Source of the DNA: an uncultured Pseudomonadota bacterium
Lineage (GTDB): Bacteria; Oederibacteriota; Muellerivitia; Muellerivitales; Muellerivitaceae
Length of the DNA stretch: 64,000 nt
Assembly: GCA_963843375.1 (NCBI GenBank)
Contig: CAWJKT010000001.1
Span: 1 to 64,000, forward strand
Direction of reading: 5' to 3'
The first letter of the stretch is position 1; the number at the start of each line of letters is the position of its first letter. The position numbers and the translations under genes were made by a program. This document shows, one piece after another, positions 11,567 through 23,192 of this stretch. Below the pieces are notes generated by a model. It did no database searches. It was not told the DNA's origin and worked only from the letters and a program-made list of their open reading frames with translations.

Positions 11567-12433
11567 ATGAATCTCCAAGGCACGAAGGCAACAAGGAATA
11601 AAAAAAATCATTTAAATCTTTTAGTTTTCTTTGTGTTTTTAGCCATTGGTGGTGAAACGCTTTTTTTCTCTTCTGTTGCTCGAGCGCAACAAGAACAATG
11701 GATATTCCTTCCGCCGACCCCCCTTTTTCAGGCCTTTATCGGCGATCCCAGGGAAGCCTATACGGGCATTACCGCCTATGGCAATCAGAGCCGCTTTGAG
11801 GGCGCGGTAGGCCAAACCTTTGAGTTCCTCCGTTATCTGCCCCCGGACAAGACCCAATGGGGATGGGGAGTTTTCGGCCAGGGGTTCATCTTGTTGGATG
11901 AAAACGGCGCCACTTTTCCCATGAGGGCCGGGGATTGGTACGCAGGAATGTATGTCAGTGAAACTTCCGGGGATTTATCCCACCGGCTTGAATTCGAGCA
12001 TCAGAGCGCCCACCTAGGGGATTCCCTCCAAGGTATTCAAGAACCCTTTTTTTTCAGCCGGGAAAATTTTAATTACACCTTTTCATTCCGGCCGGGAGAG
12101 GCCTATGGCCTTTACGCCGGACTGGGGGCCTGGGAAAACATGTATCCGAGGGGAGCGGCCTTGTTCGCTTCATTAGGATTGGAAATTTATTCGCCCGCCG
12201 CCAATGTAGGCGGGACCTACTTACGCGGATATTCCACGGGTGACCTGAAGTGGCTGCAGGAGACGGAGGTTGCCGATCAAGAATACCAACTGGGCATCCA
12301 ATGGAAATTTAAGAAGGAAGAAAGCCGGGACGTCCGGCTGACTCTTCTTTATTACAACGGCAATTCGGAATTTGGACAATTTTATCAGGACCATGACGAA
12401 CATTGGGGCTTCGGCCTTTATTTTGATCAGTAA
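11567..12433 (+). CDS. DUF1207-like predicted outer-membrane beta-barrel protein
   Basis: Signal peptide, LF..FIGDPRE, HQSAHLGD, YYNG.SEFGQF, aromatic C-terminal strand. Confidence 0.65.
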   Translation: MNLQGTKATRNKKNHLNLLVFFVFLAIGGETLFFSSVARAQQEQWIFLPPTPLFQAFIGDPREAYTGITAYGNQSRFEGAVGQTFEFLRYLPPDKTQWGWGVFGQGFILLDENGATFPMRAGDWYAGMYVSETSGDLSHRLEFEHQSAHLGDSLQGIQEPFFFSRENFNYTFSFRPGEAYGLYAGLGAWENMYPRGAALFASLGLEIYSPAANVGGTYLRGYSTGDLKWLQETEVADQEYQLGIQWKFKKEESRDVRLTLLYYNGNSEFGQFYQDHDEHWGFGLYFDQ

Positions 12434-12458
12434 ATAAATTTTTTACCGCTAAGGCAAA

Positions 12459-13298
12459 ATGTTGAAAAATAGAATCTTGAAATTTATTTTTTCCAGTTGT
12501 GTCTTCGTGCCGCTCGGGTTAATCCCTTTGTTGGCTTTGGCGGAGGGGGACGAACTGCGCTTCCTGCCCCCGGAACCCGTTTTTGACCGGCTGATCGGCG
12601 ATCCCCGGGAACCCCAGAACGCCTTGATCGCCGACCTCACCTATGCCCGTTACGAGGGAGCCATTGGACCTATCCTGGAATTTCTGCAATGGCGCCCGGT
12701 GGACGGAAGCCGATGGGGTTGGGGAATCCAGGGGGCCAGTTTCATCGAGTTGGACTCGCTGGGCGACTTTGTTTATCCCGAGCGCGTGAGCGACTGGTAT
12801 CTAGGGATGTATTTCAGCGAGGCTTCCGGCGATTATTCCCACCGCTTTGAATATACTCACATCAGTTCCCACCTGGGTGACGAGCTTTTTGACGAGATCC
12901 CCCGAATCATTTATTCCCGCGAATTCTTCCGTTGGACGACTTCACTCCAACCTTCGGAATCCTTCCGGCTTTATGCCGGATTGGGTTGTTACAGCCACAT
13001 GGCCCCTGCTGGCAAACCCTTTTTCCTGCAGGCCGGAACTGAACTTTTCACCCGTTATTTCGAGTTCATCGCCGGAACGGTGGGAAGGGGTTATATGACC
13101 TATGACATAAAAGCCGAACAGGATGCGGGAGGAGTTGTGAACCAGAATTTCCAGTGGGGAATTCAGTGGAAATGGAAAAAAGAAACGTCCCAGGCTCTTC
13201 GAATAGCGATTTCTTACTATAACGGTAACAGTGAGTATGGCCAGTTTTACCAAACCAACGACAATCATTGGGGCCTCGGAATTTATTTTGATCCTTAA
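12459..13298 (+). CDS. DUF1207-like beta-barrel protein, paralog of the upstream gene
   Basis: LIGDPREP, HISSHLGDE, YYNGNSEYGQF; collinear with the previous ORF. Confidence 0.65.
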   Translation: MLKNRILKFIFSSCVFVPLGLIPLLALAEGDELRFLPPEPVFDRLIGDPREPQNALIADLTYARYEGAIGPILEFLQWRPVDGSRWGWGIQGASFIELDSLGDFVYPERVSDWYLGMYFSEASGDYSHRFEYTHISSHLGDELFDEIPRIIYSREFFRWTTSLQPSESFRLYAGLGCYSHMAPAGKPFFLQAGTELFTRYFEFIAGTVGRGYMTYDIKAEQDAGGVVNQNFQWGIQWKWKKETSQALRIAISYYNGNSEYGQFYQTNDNHWGLGIYFDP

Positions 13299-13477
13299 CA
13301 GGAGGGTGAAAAAGTCTTCGGAACAGACTTTCTCAACATTTCGAGGAAACCAAGTTCAAAGAAACCATTTTTAACGGCTTGGTTCATTCCGCGGCTATTC
13401 GAAGGTTTTTTAAAAATATTTTTTTGAAACCGGTGAAAGTTTTAGTTCGTAAAATTCCAAAATAATCTTTTAATTTC

Positions 13478-13506
13478 TTGAACTTCCATCCTACTGGTTG
13501 TATAGT
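13478..13506 (+). promoter_or_regulatory. Putative sigma70 promoter of polC
   Basis: TTGAAC-N17-TATAGT about 60 nt upstream of the ATG, with a GGAGG RBS. Confidence 0.6.
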
Positions 13507-13564
13507 CCGTTGAAGTAGACCCCAAGCACTTTCCAATCCCCTATAAACCGTCGATGGAGGCAGG

Positions 13565-16500
13565 ATGACCCCCGTAGAAAGCCCGGCTCACGCCGATACG
13601 GATCAAACTTCCTCTCCTTTTTACCAGCTATTACAACAAATCCCATTGCAGTGTTTTGAACAGGAAAGATTCCTCCAATCCGAGCTTTTAGGGGTCCAGG
13701 TCTATCCTGAAAGGGGTGTTTTGGTCCTTGGCATTCGGATGGCTGGCGCTATTTCTCCCGAGACCTATGCCAATGTCTCCCGCTACTTGAAAGAAAGCCT
13801 TCCTAATGTGAACCGGGTGGTTTTGGACGTCCACTATTCTCCCGCAACCATCAGCCTTTCCGATTACATTGCCGCTCATGAAAAAGACCTTCTTTTTTGT
13901 GTAACGGAGGAAGCCGATATCGCCGAGGGATGGTTTTCCCATTATCAAATTCAGATAAAGGATAACAACCTCATCTTCCAGGTTCCCCATGAGCTGGCCC
14001 GCCAGCAGTTGGACCGCAAGCTTTTTCCAAAAAACATGCAGGATATTATTAACAGCCGTTGTGGCCTGAATGCCAAGGTTGAATTGGCTATCAACCCGGC
14101 CATTCTTCCGGAATTACCGTCGATGACCGAAGAAAAACCGGATGAACTTTCAATTCCCAAGGCTCCCCAACCCGTTATTCTTCTTGGCCGTAAGATCGCG
14201 GAAGAACCTCAATCCATGGACGTGAAAGAAGAAGCGAACGGGTTCGTGGCCCAGGGTGAAATTATCATTTACGAGCAGATCCAGACCCGCAGCGGCCGCT
14301 TCCTGGTCAAGATGACCATTACGGATTACAACAATTCCCTGGATGTGCGTTTTTTCCATGAGAACGACGGCAAGTTCAAGGGGGGGGTGAGGGAAAGGGA
14401 TTGGGTGAGGGTTCGAGGCGACTTGCGGCCCGACAAGTATTCCCATGACGAACTGACTTTGGCTGCCAAAGACATCATGAAAATGCCCCCGCCGGAAAGC
14501 CGCCAGGACAACGCCGTGGAAAAGCGCGTGGAACTACATTGTCATACCCAAATGAGCCGCATGGATGGCCTTTCTAAGATCGACCGGCTTATCGAAAAAG
14601 CCGCCAAGTGGGGCCATTCGGCCATTGCCATCACGGACCACGGAGTTGTGCAGGCCTATCCGGAGGCTCGAGCCGCCGCCAAAAAGCACGGAATCAAGCT
14701 GATTCTTGGCATGGAAGGCTATCTCGTGGACGAGTTCAAACGAGAAAAGGGCATGAGCATCTACCATATTATTCTTCTGGTGAAAAATAAGAAGGGCTTG
14801 AAAAATCTTTATAAGATGGTTTCCGAGAGCCACATGAAATACTTTTACAAGCGGCCGCTGATTCCTAAGGCCCTTTTACAGGAATTTCGTGAAGGAATCA
14901 TCGTTGGCTCGGCATGCGAGCAGGGGGAAGTGTGGCAGCATCTTCTGCATAAGGGACGGCCATTGGAGGAAGTGGCTTCTTTTTACGATTACATCGAAAT
15001 TCAACCTTGCGCGAACAACGAATTCATGATCGGTGACGGCATCGTCAAGGACATGGAAGAACTCCAAAATCTTACCCGGCTCATTTACGATACGGGTAAA
15101 AAACTGGGCAAGCCCGTGGTGGCCACAGGGGATTCCCACTTTATCGATCCCCAGGATGAGGTTTATCGGCGGATCCTGCACGCCGGCATGGGTTATGGGG
15201 TGGAAAGACAGGCCCCCCTTTATTTCAAGACTACCGACGAGTTAAAGAGCGACTTCGCCTATTTCGGGGACGAAGTCGCCCATGAACTAGTCGTGAAGGG
15301 TCCGCGGCAAGTTGCGGAAATGGTGGAGGATGTCGAGCCACTTCCCACTCAAACCCTCTCTCCCATGTGGGAAGGCGCGGACCAGGAACTTCGGGATACA
15401 GCCACTCAAAGAGCCCTGGAACTTTACGGCTCCCCTTTGCCGGACTTCATCGAAAAGCGACTAAAAAAAGAGCTGAATGCCATCATCGGTAATAAATTCG
15501 CGACCTTATATGTGATCGCCATGAAGCTAGTCAAAAAATCCCTTTCCGATGGTTATATCGTGGGAAGCCGGGGAAGCGTGGGGAGTTCCTTCGTAGCTTT
15601 CCTATGCGGCATTACCGAAGTCAATCCCCTGATGCCCCATTGGCGTTGCAAGGAAGCCCATTGGTTTGAATTTCCGCCCAATCCCTCCTCCATGGCAGGG
15701 GTAGACCTGCCGGAAAAGAATTGTCCCAAGTGTGGTAAGGAGGCGGTGCGGGATGGCTTTTCCATCGCTTTCGAGGTCTTTATGGGTTTCAAAGGCGACA
15801 AGATGCCGGACATCGACCTTAATTTCTCCGGAGAATACCAGCATGTGGCCCATAAATATGTCGAAGAACTTTTTGGTAAGGACCATTGTTTCCGCGCTGG
15901 AACCATTTCGGCCGTCCAGGATCGTATCGCTTTCGGGTTCGTGAAAAAATTCGTGGAGGAAGCGGGTCGCACAGCTCGAAACGCGGAACTCAATCGCCTA
16001 GTCAAAGGCTGTTCGGGCGTTTCCAAGACTACCGGCCAGCATCCCGGCGGTATCGTTATTCTCCCCAAGGAAATGGAAATCACCGATGTCTGTCCTGTCC
16101 AATATCCCGCTGACAACAAAGATGGCGATGTCATCACCACCCACTTCGATTACAACAGCATGCACGATTGCCTAGTGAAGTTGGATATCCTTGGCCATGA
16201 CAATCCCACCAGTTTAAAAAGATTGGAGGGAATGACCGGTGTTTCGGCCGTGGGTATCCCTCTGAATGATCCTGAAACGATGAGTTTGTTCTCTTCGACC
16301 AAGGCGCTTAACCTAAAAGAAAAAACCGACAAGGACCTGGGAACCCTGGGAGTTCCCGAGTTTGGCACCAACTTCGCTATGGACATGTTGCGGGATACCA
16401 AGCCAACTAAGTTCGAGCATCTGGGAAGGCTGTCAGGGTTGGCCCACGGCACGGATGTTTGGCTTGGAAACGCGCAGGATTTGATTAAAAAGGGAACAGC

Positions 16501-17234
16501 CAATCTTTCGACGGTCATCTCTACTCGTGACGACATGTTGAACGACTTGCTGGCAAGGGGAATGGACGAGGCCCTGGCTTTCAAGATCATGGAGGATGTG
16601 CGAAAGGGAAAGGGATTGAAGCCGGAATATGAACAGGCGATGGTGGCGGCCAAGACACCCAATTGGTACATCGACAGTTGCAAGAAGATAAAATACATTT
16701 TCCCCAAGGCCCATGCGGTGGCCTATTGCATCATGAGTTTCCGCATCGCTTACTTCAAAGTGCACCATCCCCTGGCTTTTTACGCGGATTATTTCACCAA
16801 TAAGGCTTACGGTTTCGACGCCACGGTGGCCTGTGGCGGATTGGGCCGGGTGAAGGATCGTATCAAGCTGATCCGGTCCCTGGAAAAACCAACGAATAAG
16901 GAATTAGATGAGGCTTCGGTCTTGGACGTGGTGGAGGAAGTTTACGCCCGAGGGTTCAATTTCCTGCCGGTGGACCTCTATAAATCAGACAATCGGCAAT
17001 TCCTCATCCAGGAACAAGATAAGTGAGAAGAAATTACTCCCGCCCCTCATCAGTTTGGCAGGCTTGGGTGAAACGGCGGCTGATCTTATTCGGGCAGAGC
17101 GGGTAAAAGGCCTATTCGTCACGGTCGAGGACCTAGTGGACCGTTGCGGCGTAAACAAGAACGTCATTGAGATCTTGAAAGAACACGGCTGCCTCAAGGC
17201 TGTCCCTGATTCCAATCAAGCCACCTTGTTCTAA
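13565..17234 (+). CDS. polC: DNA polymerase III PolC-type, lacking the inserted 3'-5' exonuclease domain (one frameshift near 17020)
   Basis: N-terminal domain, OB fold before PHP, KRVELHCHTQMS, GSRGSVGSS, PDIDLNFSG, TTGQHPGG, KLDILGHD, FPKAHA, C-terminal clamp motif QATLF. Confidence 0.93.
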
Positions 17235-17383
17235 AATAAGGTTGATCAAGCCGAAACTTTAGTGGCGACTGGTTCAACTCGGGGAATTCGAACGAAACCC
17301 TTTATTTATGCCTTTTTAACTGGTTGCCCTTGCCAAACTTTGGTCTTTTTGATACAACAATCCAGCAATTTAAGGTTGTCCCG

Positions 17384-17415
17384 AAAGTGGGCCCTTTCCG
17401 GCCTGCTTTTTTTTT
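17384..17415 (+). promoter_or_regulatory. Terminator-like hairpin in the rimP leader
   Basis: AAAGTGGGCC / GGCCTGCTTT stem followed by a long T run, ~110 nt upstream of rimP. GTGGG-containing leader terminators are known upstream of rimP. Confidence 0.65.
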
Positions 17416-17527
17416 CTTATTTTTTGGCTATGGGTTAGGGCAAGGATTGTTAGATTTCAGACGGCCGAAAGGCCGTTTGTCGTTTGTGCCCTATTTTTTG
17501 GGGATGCCCAAACCGGGGTAGGAAAGA

Positions 17528-18000
17528 ATGGGACTTCCAGAGGAACCGAGGAATGTCCAACTTCGGGATTTGGCCGAGGCCGTGGTCAAAGACAACTTTT
17601 TGGAGCTTTTTGACCTGCGGTCCAGGCCTCAAGGTAAAAAGCTGATTTTGACGGTGGTCTTGGACAAGAAAAGCGGTCCTGTGACTTTGGAGGATTGCGC
17701 GGTGGTGAGCCGGGAACTGGAAAAACGGCTTGATGAATTGGACTTAATTGAGACTGCTTATGTTTTGGAGGTGTCTTCCCCGGGTTTGGACCGGCCCTTA
17801 AGGCACCTGGAGGATTGTCGGAGATTCAAAGGCCGGTTAGCCCAGTTTATATTGAGGGAGCCCTTGGAAGGGCAGGTGAGTTTTGAGGGACGATTGGGCG
17901 AGACGGATGATAAAAGAGTGGAAGTAAAGGTTGGAAAAGAAAGAACCCTGTGGGTTCCTTTTCCGACGTGAAAAGCGCCAAGCTGGTTGTGGAAATATAA
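17528..18000 (+). CDS. rimP: Ribosome maturation factor RimP (frameshift in a T run near 17962)
   Basis: VTLEDCAVVSRE...LD...YVLEVSSPGLDRPL; C-terminus DVKSAKLVVEI in the shifted frame. Confidence 0.92.
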
Positions 18001-18033
18001 CTTTTCAACGCCAACAAAACGAGGGATGGGTCA

Positions 18034-19361
18034 ATGAGCAACGAATTAGCCTTGGTGATGAGCCAGTTGGAACATACCAAGCGAATCGACAAAAAAAAGC
18101 TGGTCGAGGCGATCCAAGCCGCTTTGTCGTCGGCCGCCAAAAAAATGTACGGCGCTGCCCAAGAAGTGGATGTGGAATTCGACGAGATCAATTACGAGTT
18201 CCGCGCCTTATTACCTAAAGGAAGTAGCGGACGAAATCACCGATCCCAACACCCAATTAACCCTCTCGGAAGCGCGTAAATTAGACAAAGAAGCCGAAGT
18301 GGGAGGCGTCATCAAGGTCCGCATTCCCGCCGAGCAATTCGGCCGAATCGCGGCCCAAACCGCCAAGCAGGTCATCGTCCAGCGGGTTCAGGATGCCGAG
18401 CGCCAGAGCGTTTACGACCAGTTTAAGGAAAAAGAAGGCGATCTGATCACGGGAAGCGTTCTTCGTTATGAAAGCCGCAATGTCATTATTTCCCTCGGCG
18501 ATGCCGAGGCTTTGATGCCCGCCAAAGAACAGGTTCCCCGGGAACGTTATTCCACCGGGGAGCGGATGAAGTTTTTGGTTCTGGAGGTTCGAAAGACCTT
18601 AAAGGGGCCGGCCATCATCGTCAGCCGGGCCCATCCCAATCTAGTCCGCAAGCTTTTTGAATTGGAAGTTCCCGAGATTTACGAAGGAGCCGTGAAAATC
18701 GAAAGCGTGGCCCGCGAAGCCGGGGCCCGCACAAAAATATCCGTCCGTTCCATGGGAGACGACCGTATTGACGCGGTCGGCGCCTGCGTGGGGGTGAAAG
18801 GCATCCGTGTCCAAAACATCGTGGACGAAATCCGCGGGGAAAAAGTGGACATCGTCCGTTGGGATGAAGAGCCTCACAATTATCTTTCCAACGCCCTATC
18901 GCCCGCCAAGATAGCCCGCATTATTTTCCATCCTGAAATACCCTCGGCCGAAGTCATCGTGCCCAACGACCAGTTGTCGTTGGCCATCGGCAAGAAAGGC
19001 CAAAACGCCCGCTTGGCTGCCCGCTTGACCGGAATCAAAATCGACATCAAAAATGAGGAACAACACACCCAGGAAGAACGCGCCCGCATGGACGCCCACT
19101 TCCAGGAGATCCAACAAGAAGTTCCCCAGGATCTGGCCGGAGGCCAATATTGAGGCTCCTTCCGCTGGAGCCGCGGCTTCTTTGACTGACGAGTCGAGAA
19201 AAGACGCTCCACCCGATGAGATTGACGAGGGTGCTGTAAAGGGTGAGGCGGTCCCAGAGGCTCCCGAACTGACCAAGGACCAGACCGGAATCCCGACTAT
19301 TCCTCCTTCACCGGAGGTCACGGGATCGATGGCTCCGGGTCCAGAAGGCCAGGAGGATTAA
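18034..19361 (+). CDS. nusA: Transcription factor NusA (frameshifts near 18210 and probably 19140)
   Basis: FGRIAAQTAKQVIVQ, LFELEVPEI, AREAGARTKI, SLAIGKKGQNARLAARLTG. An acidic tail to 19361 is likely in frame after correction. Confidence 0.93.
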
Positions 19362-19367
19362 CCAACC

Positions 19368-21665
19368 ATGGGTAAACGCCTTTTTGAATTCGCCAAGGAA
19401 CTAGGTCTTACTAGCAAGGATGTGCTGGAACGTTGCAAAAAGCTGGGCCACAACATTCCCAGCCAATTAACCGTCGTTGACGATAAAATCCAATCCGATA
19501 TTCGCCGCGATTTGGGAATGGCCGACTTGAATGCCCCTTCCGTCGGCGCTGCCGCACCGGCCTCCACTGCCACGGCCATCCGCACACCGGCCCCCAAAAC
19601 GCCCGCGACCACCTCTGCTTCACCTCTGCCCGCGACGGCAACCCGTACCATGGTTAAACCTGTCACCGGCTTGTCCGCCCCCACGGCCACTTATCCAACC
19701 TTGAAACCTACCGGCACTCAAAACCGCCCCTCGACCGGCCATGGTTCCCCGTAAAAGCGGACCGGGGCCCAGACACATGCCAGTTAAATCGGGTGGCCAC
19801 GGTTTAGCCGCGGGCCGTCCCAAAAGCGTGACCTCCGTCGTGAAAGAGGCTGTTGAGGAAAAACCCAAGGTTGAAGAACTCAACGCCGATGGGACTCCCG
19901 TTGAACCCAAGGTTCTTACGAAGATCAAAATCTCCGAGGGCATTACGGTTTCGGAACTGGCGCAAAAACTCAATGTCAAAGCGGGTGTTCTCATTAAAGA
20001 ACTGCTCGATCTCAAAATTTTGGCTACCATCAACCAGCGGGTGGATATGCCCGTCGCCGAAACTCTTGCTTCCGCCCATAATGCCGAAGTGGAAGTTGTC
20101 CCTCTTTATGGGGCCGAAATGTTCCAGGATACCCCGGATGACCCCAAGGATCTGCTGCCCCGTTCGCCGGTCGTCACAATCATGGGACATGTGGACCATG
20201 GAAAAACCCTTCTTTTGGACGCCATCCGCAAGACCAAGGTGGCAGAGGGGGAAGCGGGCGGAATCACCCAGCATATCGGCGCTTATCAGGTAAAACAGGA
20301 AAAAGGATCCATCACCTTTCTGGATACCCCGGGCCATGAAGCCTTTACGCTCATGCGCGCCCGCGGCGCCAAGGCCACGGATATCGTGGTTCTTGTAGTC
20401 GCCGCTGATGACGGTGTCATGCCTCAAACTTTAGAAGCGATCGACCACGCCAAGGAAGCCAAGGTGCCCATCATCGTGGCCATCAATAAGATCGACAAAC
20501 CTGAAGCTAATCCGGACCGAGTGAAAACCCAAGTGGCGGAACGAGGCCTCGTGCCTGAGGAATGGGGCGGGACGACCATTTTCGTTGAGGTTTCAGCTAA
20601 AAAACGCCTGAACCTGGACAAACTGCTGGAGATGATTTTTTGCAGGCGGAAGTTTTGGAACTCAAAGCAAATCCAAACCGCGCACCGAAGGGTGTTGTTT
20701 TGGAAGCTCGCTTGGATAAGGGGCGGGGTCCTGTCGCCACTTTCCTTGTTGAAAAAGGAACGCTCAAAATCGGAGACGATATTATCGCCGGAAGTACCTA
20801 TGGCCGCATCAAAGCCATGCACGACGATTTAGGGAAGCCGGTCAAGTCGGCCACGCCCGCTACTCCTGTTGAAATTTTAGGTTTGAATGACGTGCCCCAA
20901 GCCGGGGATGTGTTTTATGGGGTGGAAGACGCTAAAGTCGCCCGGGAAATCGCCATGCGCCGTACCGAAGCTCGCAAGGATAACCGTCTGGTCGGAGCAA
21001 TGAAACATATCACCCTCGATAATCTTTTCGAGCAGATCAAGGAAGGACAGATTAAGGAACTTAAAGTCATTGTTAAGGCCGATGTGCAGGGATCAGTGGA
21101 AGCCCTTACCCAGTCTCTTGAAAAACTTTCAACCGGAAAGGTTGTTTTAAGAGTCATTCGTAGCGGTACGGGAAACATCGTCAATTCCGATATCCTGCTA
21201 GCTTCCGCCTCCAATGCTATCGTAGTTGGGTTCAATGTGAAGGCTGATTCCAACGCCAAGTCCACTGCCGAAAGGGAAGACGTGGATGTAAGGGTTTACA
21301 AGATTATTTACGACGCGGTCGAGGATGTCCGCAAAGCGATGGAAGGCCTTCTGGAGCCGACTTATCGTCCCTTGACCATCGGCAAAGCGGAAGTGCGCCA
21401 AATATTCAGTACGCCCAAGGGAACCATTGCTGGTTCCATGGTGACCTCCGGCAAAATCACCAGCAAAGCCAAAGTGAAAGTCCTTCGGGCCGAGGAAGTT
21501 GTTTTCGAGGGCGCCCTTAAGTCTTTGCGGCGTTTTAAGGATGATGTGAAGGAAGTGACCAACGGCTACGAGTGCGGTATCGGTATTGATGGTTTCGATG
21601 ATATCCAAGTTGGGGACCAGCTCGAAATTTACATCATGGAAGCCGTCGCCCAGAAACTTGAATAA
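19368..21665 (+). CDS. infB: Translation initiation factor IF-2 (frameshifts near 19738 and 20640)
   Basis: IF2_[54 protein letters not shown]. Confidence 0.96.
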
Positions 21666-21681
21666 AAACTGTTTAAAGCCT

Positions 21682-21771
21682 CACGCGAATTCCACCTTAT
21701 CCAAAAGGTTGGATCTTTTGGATGATGAAGCGGATTTACAAGTCACCGGGGTTCAAACGGAGTTTTTGTAA
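21682..21771 (+). pseudogene. Probable C-terminal remnant of a DUF503/YlxP-family gene
   Basis: HANSTLSKRLDLLDDEADLQVTGVQTEFL* with no start codon, in the slot between infB and rbfA where ylxP usually sits. Confidence 0.45.
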
Positions 21772-21788
21772 AAGGTTGGTGAGTCGAT

Positions 21789-22157
21789 ATGGGCTTTAAA
21801 CGGGCGGATAAAGTTTCAGCTGCGATAAAAAGAGAAGTCGGGGTGATGTTGATTCAGGATGTCAAGGACCCGGGAATCCATTTTGTGACGGTCACGGGTG
21901 TGGAAACCGCGGATGATTTGCGCCATGTGAAGATATTCGTATCGATTTTAGGTGACGAAAAGACACGACAAGAAACCATGGCTGGGCTGGACCGGGCCAA
22001 GGGTTTTTTAAGGGGTGAATTAGGACGCCGTCTTCAGTTACGATATACCCCCGAAATCCAATTCCGACTAGACGAGTCGCTTGACCATGCGATGAAGATC
22101 AAAGGCATCTTGAACCAGATAAAATCCGCTGAGGAAAAATCAAGCGATGAAGCTTAA
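21789..22157 (+). CDS. rbfA: Ribosome-binding factor A
   Basis: KDPGIHFVTVTGVE...DLRHVKIFVS...GFLRGELGRRLQLRYTPEIQF. Confidence 0.95.
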   Translation: MGFKRADKVSAAIKREVGVMLIQDVKDPGIHFVTVTGVETADDLRHVKIFVSILGDEKTRQETMAGLDRAKGFLRGELGRRLQLRYTPEIQFRLDESLDHAMKIKGILNQIKSAEEKSSDEA

Positions 22158-23151
22158 AACGAAATCAGCACCTAAAATGTCCGCCAAATCAAAAGATAGT
22201 TCCTATGCCCAAGTCGTTAAGCTCATCAAAGACCATAATTCCTTTCTCATCACCACCCATGTCAATCCGGATGGGGACGGTTTAGGCGCCGAGTCTGCTC
22301 TTTTCGCGGCATTGCGCAAGCTGGGAAAAAAAGTGCAAGTGGTAAACCATGACCCTCTCCCCTACAAGTTTGACTTCCTGGCCTTCACCCCCTTCTATCA
22401 AGCCAGTGATATTATTCCTGACCACGAGGTTTGCTTCGTCCTCGATGCGGGGGATTTCAGCCGCATCCGCGAAGGGGTCCAAAGAAAAGAGTTCACCACC
22501 CTCGTAAATATCGACCACCATTATTCCAACGATCGCTACGGAAACTACAACCTGGTGGTTCCGGAGGCTGCGGCGACAGGCGAGGTGGTTTATGAGTTGA
22601 TAAAAGCCATGAAGGTCAAGGTGGATAAGGACATCGCCCAGGGGATTTACACCTCGATCGTCACCGATACCGGCCGGTTTCGTTATCCCAGCACGACCCC
22701 CCGGATCTTTCGGTTAGCGGCCGACTTGGAGGAAGCGGGCGCGAATGTCTCCCAAATCAGCGAGAGTATATTCGGCGACATCAGCAAGGAAGCCCTTGAG
22801 TTGACCCGCTTAGCCCTGGCGAGCATTCATACCACCGACAAAGGGGCCATCGGGACCATGACATTGACCCTGGGCGATTTTATTAAGTCTAAGGCTTCCG
22901 ATGACGACACGGAAAACCTCATTAATTTGGTGCGCAATCTGGATACGGTTCAAATCGCCGCCTTCCTCAAGGAAAGGTCCGACGGCCGGATCAAGCTTTC
23001 CCTTCGTTCCAAAAACGGGATCAATGTGGCGAACGTGGCGAAACTTTTCGGTGGAGGCGGGCATTCCTACGCCGCCGGAGCCGTTCTTGAGGGGCCTTTA
23101 GATAAGGCCTTAAAGGCCGTATTGACCGCCTGCCAATCGGTCCTTAAGTAA
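22147..23151 (+). CDS. nrnA: DHH/DHHA1 phosphoesterase (NrnA-like oligoribonuclease/pAp phosphatase)
   Basis: HVNPDGDGLG, NIDHH, TDTGRF, SLRSK, GGGGHSYAAG. Confidence 0.88.
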   Translation: MKLKTKSAPKMSAKSKDSSYAQVVKLIKDHNSFLITTHVNPDGDGLGAESALFAALRKLGKKVQVVNHDPLPYKFDFLAFTPFYQASDIIPDHEVCFVLDAGDFSRIREGVQRKEFTTLVNIDHHYSNDRYGNYNLVVPEAAATGEVVYELIKAMKVKVDKDIAQGIYTSIVTDTGRFRYPSTTPRIFRLAADLEEAGANVSQISESIFGDISKEALELTRLALASIHTTDKGAIGTMTLTLGDFIKSKASDDDTENLINLVRNLDTVQIAAFLKERSDGRIKLSLRSKNGINVANVAKLFGGGGHSYAAGAVLEGPLDKALKAVLTACQSVLK

Positions 23152-23192
23152 TCCAACCGCTTCTTTCCAAAAAACCCTAAAGTGAAACTGCT

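Noticed and set aside
21774..21788. rbfA initiation region (GGTGAGT) as a target of the candidate sRNA
   Set aside because: Only 7 nt of complementarity, which is not distinguishable from chance without a genome-wide calculation.
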